DNA of 64,000 nucleotides from Candidatus Nezhaarchaeales archaeon. Lineage in GTDB: Archaea > Thermoproteota > Methanomethylicia > Nezhaarchaeales > WYZ-LMO8. The DNA is taken from assembly GCA_038887515.1 (NCBI GenBank), contig JAWAKK010000003.1:11482-75481 (forward strand). The letters run 5' to 3'. Every line of letters starts with the position of its first letter. Position 1 is the stretch's first letter. A program made the translations under genes and the position numbers. Below the pieces are notes generated by a model. It did not search any database and had not been told where the DNA came from. It saw only the letters and a list, made by a program, of their open reading frames with translations. Shown here piece by piece: positions 30,075 through 39,675 of this stretch.

Positions 30075-30716
30075 ATGTCGCTTGCTGGAAACCTAGACAA
30101 ACTTACGGAAACGATTTTGCAGAAAGCCGAAGCAGAGGTCAAGAACATCATAGCTAAGGCTAAGGAGGAGGCCGAGAAGATCATAAGGAGCGCAGTAGAA
30201 GATGCTAAGAGAAAGGCTGAGTTAGAAGCATCGGGAATCATAAAGAAAGAGAGGGAAGAAGCTCTTAGTCGAAAGAGGAGCGAGATCGCTAAAGCTCGTA
30301 TGGAAGCCTTTAGGAAAATACTCGATCACAAGGAAGCCCTCATAGAAAAAGCACTTGAGGAAGCTAAGAGAAGGACGCAGATGATCGTTGAAACCAGGGA
30401 GTACGAAGAGAGACTCATAGAAATGCTTAAAGAGGCCGTAAGGGTCCTTGGAGGAGGGGTCATCGAAGTAAAGCTCAATAAGAAAGATGCAAAACTCGAG
30501 CCTAACTTGGCATCTATAGCTGAAGAGCTGGCTAGAGAGCTGGGGAAACCGGTAGAATTAAGGTTAGCCAGAGAGCAAGGAAACTTCATAGGCGGGCTCA
30601 TAGCCAAGTCACTTGATACTGGAATCGAAGTGGACTATACAATTGAAGGCATACTTGAAAGGAAGTGGAAGAGGTTGAGAAGTGAGGTTGCAAAGCTACT
30701 GTTCTCAGAGACATAA
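30075..30716 (+). CDS. atpE: A/V-type ATP synthase subunit E
   Basis: Coiled-coil N-terminus, IGGLIA, VDYTIEG, VAKLLF. Confidence 0.88.
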   Translation: MSLAGNLDKLTETILQKAEAEVKNIIAKAKEEAEKIIRSAVEDAKRKAELEASGIIKKEREEALSRKRSEIAKARMEAFRKILDHKEALIEKALEEAKRRTQMIVETREYEERLIEMLKEAVRVLGGGVIEVKLNKKDAKLEPNLASIAEELARELGKPVELRLAREQGNFIGGLIAKSLDTGIEVDYTIEGILERKWKRLRSEVAKLLFSET

Positions 30717-30877
30717 ACTATCAATAGCTCTTGATTGCATGACTAGAGGAGTAGGCTGTTTAGAAAGCCGTAGAACGGAGGCTTTTGCTTAAGGTAAACC
30801 TGCTTATCGAACAGCAGGATCTTTAAGTCATGTTATGAGTAACAGTTATTTTACACGCTTTAGTGCAGATAATTCTG

Positions 30878-31339
30878 ATGCAAGTAAAGCTTGACGAAGT
30901 AGAAAAGGCCATAATAAGAGAGCTACTCGCTAACGCTAGGTTATCATTTAGGGAAATAGCGAGGAGAATAGGTACTTCCACCGCTACGGTCGCCAATAAG
31001 GTTAAGAAGCTTGAGGAAGAAGGCGTGATAAAAGGTTACACGGCCGTAGTTGATGCGGAAAAGCTTGGCTATGACATTGCTGCTGTAATTGAAATCGTAA
31101 TTTCGAGAGGTAAGGTAACGGAAGTTGAGGAGGATGTTGCAAGAATGCCTAATGTACAAGCAGTCTACGATGTTACTGGGCAAAGCGATGCGATTGTAAT
31201 TGCTAGGTTTAAGTCAAGGACCGAGCTAAGCAAATTCATAAAAAAGTTGCTATCGATGGAACACGTCGAGAGAACCATAACACATATAGTCCTAAACGTA
31301 AGGAAAGAGGAGTCCTTATCGCCGCACTTAGTGGAATAA
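30878..31339 (+). CDS. Lrp/AsnC family transcriptional regulator (start ATG 30878)
   Basis: ARLSFREIA, KLEEEGVIKGY, YDVTGQSD. Confidence 0.92.
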   Translation: MQVKLDEVEKAIIRELLANARLSFREIARRIGTSTATVANKVKKLEEEGVIKGYTAVVDAEKLGYDIAAVIEIVISRGKVTEVEEDVARMPNVQAVYDVTGQSDAIVIARFKSRTELSKFIKKLLSMEHVERTITHIVLNVRKEESLSPHLVE

Positions 31340-31347
31340 GATTTGTT

Positions 31348-32070
31348 TTACCTTATAACGCGGTAAGTTCCATGGCTCTTCTTGGTCGTGAGGTAGTCGA
31401 TGACCATCCCAATTATTCTAGCAGTCTCTACGATGTCCAACTTACCCTCCCTCATCCACCTTCTAGTGTCGCTATAGACTACTAAGTCTCTAGGGTATAG
31501 AAGCTTGGTTAACCTTGAAGCTCTAACTATAAGGTCTAGATCCTCGCCGTAAGCTAAACTTGGATTAAAGCCTCCGATTTTTTCGAAGATACCCCTTTCA
31601 ATGAGTATTCCCATGTACCCTGGAAAGGTCGCTTTTAACTTGCATAGAAGCCAGCCAAAAGCGAAAGCAGCTCTACCAAGCTTAGTACGCGCTATGGGTT
31701 CTGGCCTTCCTAGGATGCACTTCACTCCTTTAGGGTCATACTCGTCAAATAATTCTTTAGCTTTTTCTAGAAAGTCAGCATCAATTGCAGCGTCAGCATC
31801 TAAGAACACCAAGTACCTTCCAGTTGAAACTCTAGCCCCTAGATTTCTAGCTTTGGCTTGATTGCCCTCTTCTACGATTACCTTGTCTGCATATTCCAAG
31901 GCTACTTCAACGGTTCTATCTGTACTACCACCATCAACTATTATGGTTTCAAAATCTCTTAGAGTTTGTTTTCCTATGCATCGAAGAAGTCTCGGTAAGT
32001 ACTTCTCTTCGTTTAAGGTCGGTATTATTAGAGAAAAGAAGGTCTTCATTCTGCCCACCGAGAGAAGCAT
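31348..32070 (-). CDS. Family 2 glycosyltransferase
   Basis: IIPTLNEE, VDGGSTD, ARNLG, FLDAD, GED. Confidence 0.9.
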   Translation of the reverse strand: MLLSVGRMKTFFSLIIPTLNEEKYLPRLLRCIGKQTLRDFETIIVDGGSTDRTVEVALEYADKVIVEEGNQAKARNLGARVSTGRYLVFLDADAAIDADFLEKAKELFDEYDPKGVKCILGRPEPIARTKLGRAAFAFGWLLCKLKATFPGYMGILIERGIFEKIGGFNPSLAYGEDLDLIVRASRLTKLLYPRDLVVYSDTRRWMREGKLDIVETARIIGMVIDYLTTKKSHGTYRVIR

Positions 32071-32087
32071 TATTATTGTTATTACAC

Positions 32088-32143
32088 AGCTCAGCCGGTT
32101 GATCCTTCTTCATCGTTCCGTCAAGGCTGAACTCTTCATCGCC
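32088..32143 (-). ncRNA. C/D-box guide sRNA with both guides complementary to 16S rRNA
   Basis: GCGAUGA(C)-AGAGUUCAGCCUUGA-CGGA(D')-ACGAUGA(C')-AGAAGGAUCAACCGG-CUGA(D). The guides pair with the conserved archaeal 16S sequences CAAGGCUGAA and CCGGUUGAUCCU. Confidence 0.85.
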
Positions 32144-32274
32144 AAATGATTAATTAAGTGGCGGAAACTTAACCATTTCTCCTAGTTCCTTAGTGTACTT
32201 AATTCTTGAAGACAATTACGTTTAACTACTCGTGAAGTACTACGTTAATTATCTCTCCTCTTAATTTAGGCGGG

Positions 32275-32350
32275 TGGTAGCCCGGGGGAGATTCGAACTC
32301 CCGTCGACGGGGCCAAAGCCCGCCATGCTTGGCCGCTACACCACCGGGCT
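32275..32350 (-). tRNA. tRNA-Gln(TTG), CCA encoded
   Basis: AGCCCGG acceptor, GCGGG-CT-TTG-GC-CCCGT. Confidence 0.95.
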
Positions 32351-32437
32351 TCATTATTCGTCTAAGAAGGAGGGGCGATTTAAAGTTTAACGTTTAGAAA
32401 AAAGGAGATAATGCATTGTCTTAAATAAAGTCCTTAC

Positions 32438-32620
32438 TCACTCTATAATTTGTATCGCTTGGTTGGGGCACTGAGATTCACATGCTCTACATGCAAGGCA
32501 GGACTCTTTATTTACTATTTCGACTCTTCCACCTTTCATCTCATAGACGCCCACTGGGCATACCGAAGCGCACGTGCCGCAGTTTGTACATTTCCCTCTA
32601 TCTATAATTATCTCTACCAT
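32438..32620 (-). CDS. 2x[4Fe-4S] ferredoxin
   Basis: CTNCGTCASVCP and CLACRACESQCP. Confidence 0.93.
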   Translation of the reverse strand: MVEIIIDRGKCTNCGTCASVCPVGVYEMKGGRVEIVNKESCLACRACESQCPNQAIQIIE

Positions 32621-32657
32621 GGCTGGTCCCAGAGCTATCTCTTCTTCGTTCGTTTTT

Positions 32658-34268
32658 TTAAGCTGTTGCTTTGCTCACCTTCAAACTCAATTCGCGAACT
32701 TCTAATTTGAGATCTTCTATCTGTTTCATCAAGGCTTGTTCTTTCTGAGAAACTTCGGCCCTAGCAATTCTTTTGCCCATCTTCATTTCCTCGATGTGAG
32801 TTACTTCTTCTTCAACCTTTAGGGCCCTGTCCACGTGGTCTCTAAGCTTTTTAGCTAGCTTGCTAAGTCTTGGACGTTGCCCTAAAACGCTCAAGGAATC
32901 TATCAACTTCTTAGAAGTGTCGAGAAATAGTGGCTTAAGCTCCTGAAGTCTCTTTTTATAAGTTGAGCTCTTTATCCTACCCTTCATGTAGTCTTCATGA
33001 ATCCTCCAAATTCTGCGAGCAACTTCTATGTAACTGCTGAAAACTTCTTTAAATGCCTTAATTTTTATGTCGAGCTTAGCTTCCTCTCTCCTCCTAGCTA
33101 TTAAGCTTCTCCCGAAGATGACGCCTACGACTATCACCGCTACGACGATTACTAATCCAAGAACCATTGCTATCAACGATGGGATCAGTGGAGGGGAATA
33201 CTTTACTACTATACGAAAGTTTTGAAGAGGAGTTGCTTTATACAGCTCGTAGATAAGCGTTGAACCCTCAATAAAGTTAGGTCTCGGCTCTGCTACCGTT
33301 ATCGATGACCCTGAAGGTATGTGAACCCTCACCTTGACTTCGTCGGCGTAGTTAACGTAGCTAGGCAAAGCATCCAAGACGCGTGAATTAAAAAGCAAAT
33401 ACTTTATGTATATAGTAGTCCTTTCACCTGCAGCTAAGGACACCCTTGGGTTGACCTGTAACGTTGAGAGACCATTAACTGTTGAGGTATAGTATTGCGC
33501 AAAACCTAGTCCAGACGACGTTTTAGTAAAACTACCAGCAGAATCTCCTACCTCTAGTACATTGAAGTTTGAGATGTTGAAGTTAAAGACCCTCTGCCTC
33601 ATCCAAGTGGTTGGTTGTAGGCTCTCAACGGTTATGTAGTCGACTACTGTACCTGAATCCAAATATATGTCTCTCACTATCTTCTTGATTTTAAATAGCC
33701 ATGGAGATACTGTGTTGTTGAACACGAAGTCCATGTTTAATATCCTTGTCTGCTGCAGTGATACGTTGTATAAAACTATGCTCAAGGCATCATCAATAAT
33801 TGTATAGTTGAAGTTACGTACGCTAACGTTAACAAGACTTGGCGGTAGACGTACAAAGACCGCGGCTTGACTAACGTTTAATGCGACTCGAGGGTTCAGT
33901 GGCACGTTTAAAACGTTTTTTCCTTCTTCGACGCTCATGGACCACCAAGTATCTATGGTTACGTTGTATATCTCGTGAGGTGTAAGGCTAGGTATATTTA
34001 TCATCCAGGGCTTAGAGTATTGTCCTTCGCACACTGAGACATAAAGGTTATTCATGCTCTCAACGTCAATGGTAGTCGTATGAGAGCTTGTGGGACCCTT
34101 AAATTGAAGCACGTAACTCGCACGTGCATACGTGTAATACACTTGAATGTTTACGTAAAGAGAGACATTCGTTGTTTCTAGAGAACCTTTCGCTAAGGCT
34201 TGAGGTGCAGACAACAGCGCCAGCGCTAAGATAACGATAGCTAGTGTAGCCTTCCCCTTAAGGTTCAA
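32658..34268 (-). CDS. Type I membrane protein, ribophorin I (OST1)-like
   Basis: Signal peptide, beta-rich exported domain with many N-x-S/T sequons, PRVSLAAGERTTIYIKY, VRVHIPSG, single TM, cytoplasmic helical tail. Confidence 0.55.
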   Translation of the reverse strand: MNLKGKATLAIVILALALLSAPQALAKGSLETTNVSLYVNIQVYYTYARASYVLQFKGPTSSHTTTIDVESMNNLYVSVCEGQYSKPWMINIPSLTPHEIYNVTIDTWWSMSVEEGKNVLNVPLNPRVALNVSQAAVFVRLPPSLVNVSVRNFNYTIIDDALSIVLYNVSLQQTRILNMDFVFNNTVSPWLFKIKKIVRDIYLDSGTVVDYITVESLQPTTWMRQRVFNFNISNFNVLEVGDSAGSFTKTSSGLGFAQYYTSTVNGLSTLQVNPRVSLAAGERTTIYIKYLLFNSRVLDALPSYVNYADEVKVRVHIPSGSSITVAEPRPNFIEGSTLIYELYKATPLQNFRIVVKYSPPLIPSLIAMVLGLVIVVAVIVVGVIFGRSLIARRREEAKLDIKIKAFKEVFSSYIEVARRIWRIHEDYMKGRIKSSTYKKRLQELKPLFLDTSKKLIDSLSVLGQRPRLSKLAKKLRDHVDRALKVEEEVTHIEEMKMGKRIARAEVSQKEQALMKQIEDLKLEVRELSLKVSKATA

Positions 34269-34381
34269 GCTTCTCCACCTGAAATAACCTGTTTAACAGG
34301 TAATGCTTCGTTTATTTTCGCTTAAATTTTTAAGTTTGCTCACAGAGCTAACCTTCTTGCAACTGTGAGGAGACTTCTGGT

Positions 34382-34678
34382 ATGAGCAGTCTCGAAAGAA
34401 AAGTTAGAGCCTCGCTGGAAAAGGTCATCGATCCCGAGACAGGGATGAGCGTCGTTGAGATGGGATGTATTAAGAGTATTACTGAAAGAGATGGTGAAGT
34501 GATAGTAGAATTTACGCCTACATCGCCATTCTGCCCAATAGCTTTCCTCCTAGCCCATTCAATTAAAGAGGCCGTAGAGAAGGTTGAAGGCGTTAAAAAT
34601 GTGAAGGTCTTTAGCCGAGGCCACATAATGGATGAGCAGATAAATGAGTACGTTAACAAGCCGAGGAGTAGCTCATGA
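34382..34678 (+). CDS. DUF59/SufT/MIP18 Fe-S cluster assembly protein
   Basis: VIDPETGMSVVEMG, PTSPFCP. Confidence 0.9.
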   Translation: MSSLERKVRASLEKVIDPETGMSVVEMGCIKSITERDGEVIVEFTPTSPFCPIAFLLAHSIKEAVEKVEGVKNVKVFSRGHIMDEQINEYVNKPRSSS

Positions 34679-34956
34679 AGGTCAAGGTCAAGTTCTTTGC
34701 CTTCATAAGGGAAGTCGCCGGAGTCAATGAAGTTGAGGTAGAGATAAAGGAAGGCATGACTATCATGGACCTAATTAAAAAGTTGAGCGAGAGGCTACCT
34801 CAAAAGTTTAGAGACTTTGTTTTCGAAGGCCACGAGATATCAAAGAACATTATAATACTAGTAAACGGTAAAGGTATAAGCGAGCTTTATGGCTTAGAAA
34901 CTAAGCTTAAAAGTGGCGACGAGGTTGCGCTCTTACCTCCTGTAAGTGGAGGTTAG
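34675..34956 (+). CDS. Ubiquitin-like sulfur carrier (SAMP/MoaD)
   Basis: KVKFFA...ILVNG...PPVSGG C-terminus. Confidence 0.93.
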   Translation: MKVKVKFFAFIREVAGVNEVEVEIKEGMTIMDLIKKLSERLPQKFRDFVFEGHEISKNIIILVNGKGISELYGLETKLKSGDEVALLPPVSGG

Positions 34957-36224
34957 ACTAATCTGCCGAGCAGGACGTGAGGTTTTGCTTCTTCAATAAC
35001 TACAGTCGCCCTAGTCCAAAGCATATCGGAGTCGCACCTAACCACTACTGGCCTGTAGTCTATCATTCTCCCTAAAAGCCCCCCTCTTGGAGCTACTTCA
35101 GTAAGTAGAACCTCAACCTCTTTGCCCACGTATCGCATATTCCTTTTTAACGTGAGCTCTTGAACTAACTCGTTCATTACACGCGACCTAACTTTCTTAA
35201 CATAGTCCGAGAGCTGGGGAAGCGATGACGCCCTAGTAAACGGTCTCATAGAATACCGAGCTACATGAACCTTGTCTGGACTCAGCTTTTCTAGAAGCTT
35301 GCACGTCTGCTCGAAATCTTCGTCGGTCTCGGTGGGGAAGCCAACGATGACGTCTGTGGCTAAGAAAACGTCCACTTCAGACCTAAAGGAAGTTGTAAGC
35401 TTCAGGAAGGCTTCGCTCGTATACCTCCTATTCATAAGCTTCAGTATTCTGTCGCTCCCGGACTGTAAAGGCAAGTGCAGATATTTGTAAATGTGAGAAT
35501 CCGAGTATAATGGTCTTAACTCGGTGGCTATTGTAGCCAATGTAGAAGGCTCCATCATACCGAGCCTTATCATGTACTCACCTTCATGCTTAAGCAGCTC
35601 TCTGAGGAGGTTTGGAAGGTTTGTACCTATATCTAAACCGTAGGAGGCTAGATCTTGAGCTACTAGGAACACCTCTTTTACGCCGCTCGCTATGGCGTCA
35701 GAAAATAGCTTTACAATCTTCTCAGGCGGGTAACTGGAAAGTCTCCCCCTAGATATGGGCATAATGCAGTAACTGCACGAACCTAGACAGCCTACTGCAA
35801 CAGGTATTAGGAGCCTCTTGTTTATGCCATCATGTGATGGTAATATAAAGGCGTTTCTCCTTTCAGGTCCTACGTTTATCACCTTACGCTCTAGGGCCTC
35901 TAAGATCATGTGAAGGGCGTTGGGTCCAAGTATGCTAGTTGAAGGAGAAAGTGAAGCGATGAAGGCCGGCCTTGCCCTTGCGAGGCAGCCAACTACAACG
36001 ATTTTCTTATTGCAGTGGCTTTCCTTCCACTTCTCGACTTCTCTAAGTCTCTTAGCTATTTTTCTCTCGGTCTCGGTCCTAACCGCGCAGGTATTGATGA
36101 TTATAGCGTCGGCGGACATCAAGTCACTGACTATTTCGTGCCCACTCTTTTTTATAATAGAAGCTATAGCTTCGCTATCTGCCTTATTTAACCAGCAACC
36201 ATAAGTTTCTATATAGACCTTCAC
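34953..36224 (-). CDS. tRNA t6A37 methylthiotransferase (archaeal MtaB/CDKAL1-type)
   Basis: ETYGCWLN, NTCAV, GCL, radical SAM CLGSCSYC, TRAM domain. Confidence 0.88.
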   Translation of the reverse strand: MKVYIETYGCWLNKADSEAIASIIKKSGHEIVSDLMSADAIIINTCAVRTETERKIAKRLREVEKWKESHCNKKIVVVGCLARARPAFIASLSPSTSILGPNALHMILEALERKVINVGPERRNAFILPSHDGINKRLLIPVAVGCLGSCSYCIMPISRGRLSSYPPEKIVKLFSDAIASGVKEVFLVAQDLASYGLDIGTNLPNLLRELLKHEGEYMIRLGMMEPSTLATIATELRPLYSDSHIYKYLHLPLQSGSDRILKLMNRRYTSEAFLKLTTSFRSEVDVFLATDVIVGFPTETDEDFEQTCKLLEKLSPDKVHVARYSMRPFTRASSLPQLSDYVKKVRSRVMNELVQELTLKRNMRYVGKEVEVLLTEVAPRGGLLGRMIDYRPVVVRCDSDMLWTRATVVIEEAKPHVLLGRLV

Positions 36225-36573
36225 TACAATACCGCCCTAACCCCTACTTAAGAAAGAAGAAAACGAAGCATTAAAGATAGAGGTAACCGCCTTACAAAAC
36301 CTTGAAATCACTCGTCGAAACTGTTTCCTCCATTTAACTTGATCGCTCGTCCTTGTTAAAACGAGCCAAGTACGTGACCTGTATGACCTAACCTTAAAAA
36401 GCTGGCTTCTAAAGACCTTCATAGAGTGGAGGGCTATGTGCGAAAGGCATGAAAACAGCGTAACCGAGGCGTTTGCAAAAGGCTTAGACGCTATATCTGA
36501 AGATAAGGGGCCTAGGTTTTCAGCTAAAAGCAAGGATGCCAAAAGTATGGTCAAAGAAGGCCTTTCTTAGGCT

Positions 36574-38205
36574 TCACTTAATTTTAGTGAAGAGTGGCTT
36601 AGGCGCAGGAATCTCCTTGCCAGGTTCTATAGGCCTTATAGCCTCTTCCCATTTCTCGCCGTGAACGCTAGTAGCGTATCCAAGGCTTCTCCAAAGTTCA
36701 TCAGCAACGTTCGGTGTGAAGGGGGCAAGCATTACCGCTAAAGACTTTATTGCATTTAAACAAACGTAAATGCTCGTTGAAACCTCTTTCATCCTACCCC
36801 TCCGTAGTGCATCCCATGGGGCCTTCTCATTCAAGTACCTATTACCTTCTCTAGCTAGGTCTATGATCTCTTGTAAAGCATCTTTTATTTTGAAGTTGTC
36901 TAGGTTTGACGTACAACGTTGGAACTTCTCTAAGACCACGTTCCATAGTTCTTCGAGTACCCAGTCGCTCATTGGACTTGGAACCCTTGAGTTTAAAGCT
37001 CTTGATGTGAAGGTCAATACCCTATAGATGAAGTTTCCAAGAGTATCGTTAAGATGAGAGTTTACAAGCTCTCTAAAGAGCGCCCACGTGAAGCTGATAT
37101 CTTTTCCTTCGGGTCTCAAGTATAGCAAAACGTATCTCCAATAGTCTACCGGGCACATTTCTAAGGCTTCGTCAATCCACACGCCTATACGCCTACTCTT
37201 CGAGAACTTATGGCCTTCAAAGAGCAGGTACTCGGTGGCTGAGACACCCCATGGGAGGACGTAGCCCTCCCCTGACGCCATGATGAGGGCTGGCAATATT
37301 AGCGTGTGAAACGGTATATTGTCCTTACCTATGAAGCAAAGGAACCTCGTGTCACTATCGAACCAATAATCCTTCCATTTATCTGGCTCTCCCTTCTTCG
37401 CGAAAAGCTCTATCGTAGCTGATATGTAGCCAAGAACTGCTTCCATCCATACGTAGATGGTCTTATCTTCAGCGCCAGGGAAAGGAGCTGGTATGCCCCA
37501 CTTGTTGTCTCTTGTCACTGATCTGGGCTTTAATCCTTCCTTAAGCAAACTCAAGCTAGCATTTCTAGCATTCTCCGTCAAGAAGGGCATTTTATCTATG
37601 AAGTCCTTCAGTTTGGTCTCAAGTTTTGGTAGGTCGAAGAACCAATGCTTCGTCTTCTTAAATTGAGGGGTGGAGCCGCAAATTGTGCACCTCAACCTAG
37701 TTAGCATGTGGGGTTCGAGGAGACTACCACATTGATCGCATTGGTCCCCTCTTGCATCCTCGAAGCCGCAGTGCGGGCATCCTCCCGACACAAACCTATC
37801 AGGTAAGAATATTTGGCAATTAGGGCAGAAGGGTAGTTCCACTTCCTCTTCGTAGATGTAGCCCCTCTCGTACACCTTCATGTAAAAGGACTTTACGAAC
37901 TCCTTGTGGTACAGGCTCTCAGTTCTAGAATAGTTATCAAAAGATATGTTCCATCTCTCGAATAACTTAGCTATCTTCGAATGATTCTCGTCGCACAACG
38001 TCTTTGGGTGGACGCCCCTTTTTAGCGCCTCCACCTCTATTGGTGTTCCATGCTCGTCAGACCCGCTCACGAAGAGAACGTCTTCGCCCTTCATCCTCAA
38101 GTACCGTGCTATAACGTCGGCTGATAGCGCGGAACCTATCATGGTACCTAAGTGTGGCACGTAATTAACGTAAGGCCAAGCACATGTTACTATCCACTTA
38201 GCCAC
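36574..38205 (-). CDS. metG: Methionyl-tRNA synthetase without C-terminal OB domain (start probably GTG 38205)
   Basis: WPYVNYVPHLG, DEHG, Zn knuckle, KFSKS. Confidence 0.95.
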   Translation of the reverse strand: MAKWIVTCAWPYVNYVPHLGTMIGSALSADVIARYLRMKGEDVLFVSGSDEHGTPIEVEALKRGVHPKTLCDENHSKIAKLFERWNISFDNYSRTESLYHKEFVKSFYMKVYERGYIYEEEVELPFCPNCQIFLPDRFVSGGCPHCGFEDARGDQCDQCGSLLEPHMLTRLRCTICGSTPQFKKTKHWFFDLPKLETKLKDFIDKMPFLTENARNASLSLLKEGLKPRSVTRDNKWGIPAPFPGAEDKTIYVWMEAVLGYISATIELFAKKGEPDKWKDYWFDSDTRFLCFIGKDNIPFHTLILPALIMASGEGYVLPWGVSATEYLLFEGHKFSKSRRIGVWIDEALEMCPVDYWRYVLLYLRPEGKDISFTWALFRELVNSHLNDTLGNFIYRVLTFTSRALNSRVPSPMSDWVLEELWNVVLEKFQRCTSNLDNFKIKDALQEIIDLAREGNRYLNEKAPWDALRRGRMKEVSTSIYVCLNAIKSLAVMLAPFTPNVADELWRSLGYATSVHGEKWEEAIRPIEPGKEIPAPKPLFTKIK

Positions 38206-38818
38206 TCTCTTCACCCTTCCCTTCTTCTTCGTCTCCAAGGTCTGAGGACTTCGGCTCCCAAAGAATGAACCCTTTCCTCTTTAACCTCCTCCTCATCGAG
38301 AAGAGGTATTTCCAAACCACGCTGTGGGGGCTACCTGATATCAGCATTTCGATAGCTCTACGGGCAATCTCTACGTTTTCGAGCTTACCGGCTATAGCTA
38401 CTGTGTGATCTGATATCGATATAGCTGTACTAGTGAGCTCTTCTATTAATCTTCTAGCTTTGCCCTTCTCCCCTATGAGCCTACCCTTAACGCGAACCAA
38501 GTTGTTCCTAGAATCGCCTAAGATCTGCTTTAAGTCTATCACGTGAAGAGCTGCATCTTCCTCACTGAAGATCTTCAAGGCTTTTTCGGGGTTTATACCG
38601 TGGCCTATCGCTTGAACTATGTTTTTGACAGTCAATATATTGGCGGGATCTGAGGTCTCTAAAAGTCCTATGCCTACCCTTCCCGTAGAACTTTCAACTT
38701 CAAGCTTAACGCCATAAGTCTCCTCTATTTCCCTCTTAGTGCTCCCCCCTCTGCCCAAGAGGGCGCCAATTCTCTCAATTGGTATTTGAACGTAGTCTCT
38801 GTAGATTATGGTGGACAA
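38198..38818 (-). CDS. KH-domain ribosome biogenesis factor Dim2/Pno1
   Basis: IGALLGRGG, GRLIGEKG, GSPHSVVW. Confidence 0.92.
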   Translation of the reverse strand: MSTIIYRDYVQIPIERIGALLGRGGSTKREIEETYGVKLEVESSTGRVGIGLLETSDPANILTVKNIVQAIGHGINPEKALKIFSEEDAALHVIDLKQILGDSRNNLVRVKGRLIGEKGKARRLIEELTSTAISISDHTVAIAGKLENVEIARRAIEMLISGSPHSVVWKYLFSMRRRLKRKGFILWEPKSSDLGDEEEGKGEESG

Positions 38819-38906
38819 TTGTTATCACCAGTTCATCCACTTAAGCTAATACATAATCAATGAAAGGTTATATATAAGCAAGACCCTTCAAATAGCTTGA
38901 TATATA

Positions 38907-39665
38907 TTGGTCGAGGACTGGATAGAGGAAGAAGTTCCTAGGAAAGAGGAAAAGAGGAGAAAGGACGAAGACTTGCTGAAAACCGTTGAAGAGGTTTTCG
39001 ACACATTAACTCTAGAAGCACTCTATAAACTTATAAATAAAAAAGTCATAGACGTCCTTTACGGCGTTGTTGATACCGGAAAGGAGTCTAGGGTATACTG
39101 GGCTAAATCTCCAAATAGAGAAGATTTAGCGGTTAAGATATTCCTGACGTCTAGTAGGGAATTCAAGAAAACTATTTTACAGTACATTGAAGGAGATCCC
39201 CGATTTAAAAAGATTAAGAGGGCCACGAGACCATTGATATATAGCTGGGCTCTAAAGGAATTTAAGAACCTAAAAAAAGCCTATGAAGCCGGCGTCAGCG
39301 TCCCAAAACCTATAGCAGTGTATAGAAACGTGCTAGTAATGACGTTCATAGGCGAGGACGGCGTCCCAGCTCCACTACTTAAAGATGCAGAGGTCAACGA
39401 CTATGAAAGTATTTTCAGAAAGATCGTAGAAAACATGAAAATCCTATACCGTTATGCCAGGATAATTCACGCGGATATGAGCGAGTACAACATTATGGTC
39501 TGGAGAGACGAGCCCGTATTCTTCGATTTCGGTCAAGCCATTGTAACCGATCATCCAAACGCTTACGTATTCCTTGAAAGAGACGTAAAAAACGTAGTAA
39601 ATTTCTTCAGAAAGAAGGGGATAAAGATTGACGTAAAGGACGTGCTACTAGAAATAACGGGTTAA
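38907..39665 (+). CDS. rio1: RIO1 family kinase
   Basis: TGKESRVY, AVKIF, IHADMSEYN, FDFGQA. Confidence 0.95.
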   Translation: MVEDWIEEEVPRKEEKRRKDEDLLKTVEEVFDTLTLEALYKLINKKVIDVLYGVVDTGKESRVYWAKSPNREDLAVKIFLTSSREFKKTILQYIEGDPRFKKIKRATRPLIYSWALKEFKNLKKAYEAGVSVPKPIAVYRNVLVMTFIGEDGVPAPLLKDAEVNDYESIFRKIVENMKILYRYARIIHADMSEYNIMVWRDEPVFFDFGQAIVTDHPNAYVFLERDVKNVVNFFRKKGIKIDVKDVLLEITG

Positions 39666-39675
39666 GTTAAGCCGA

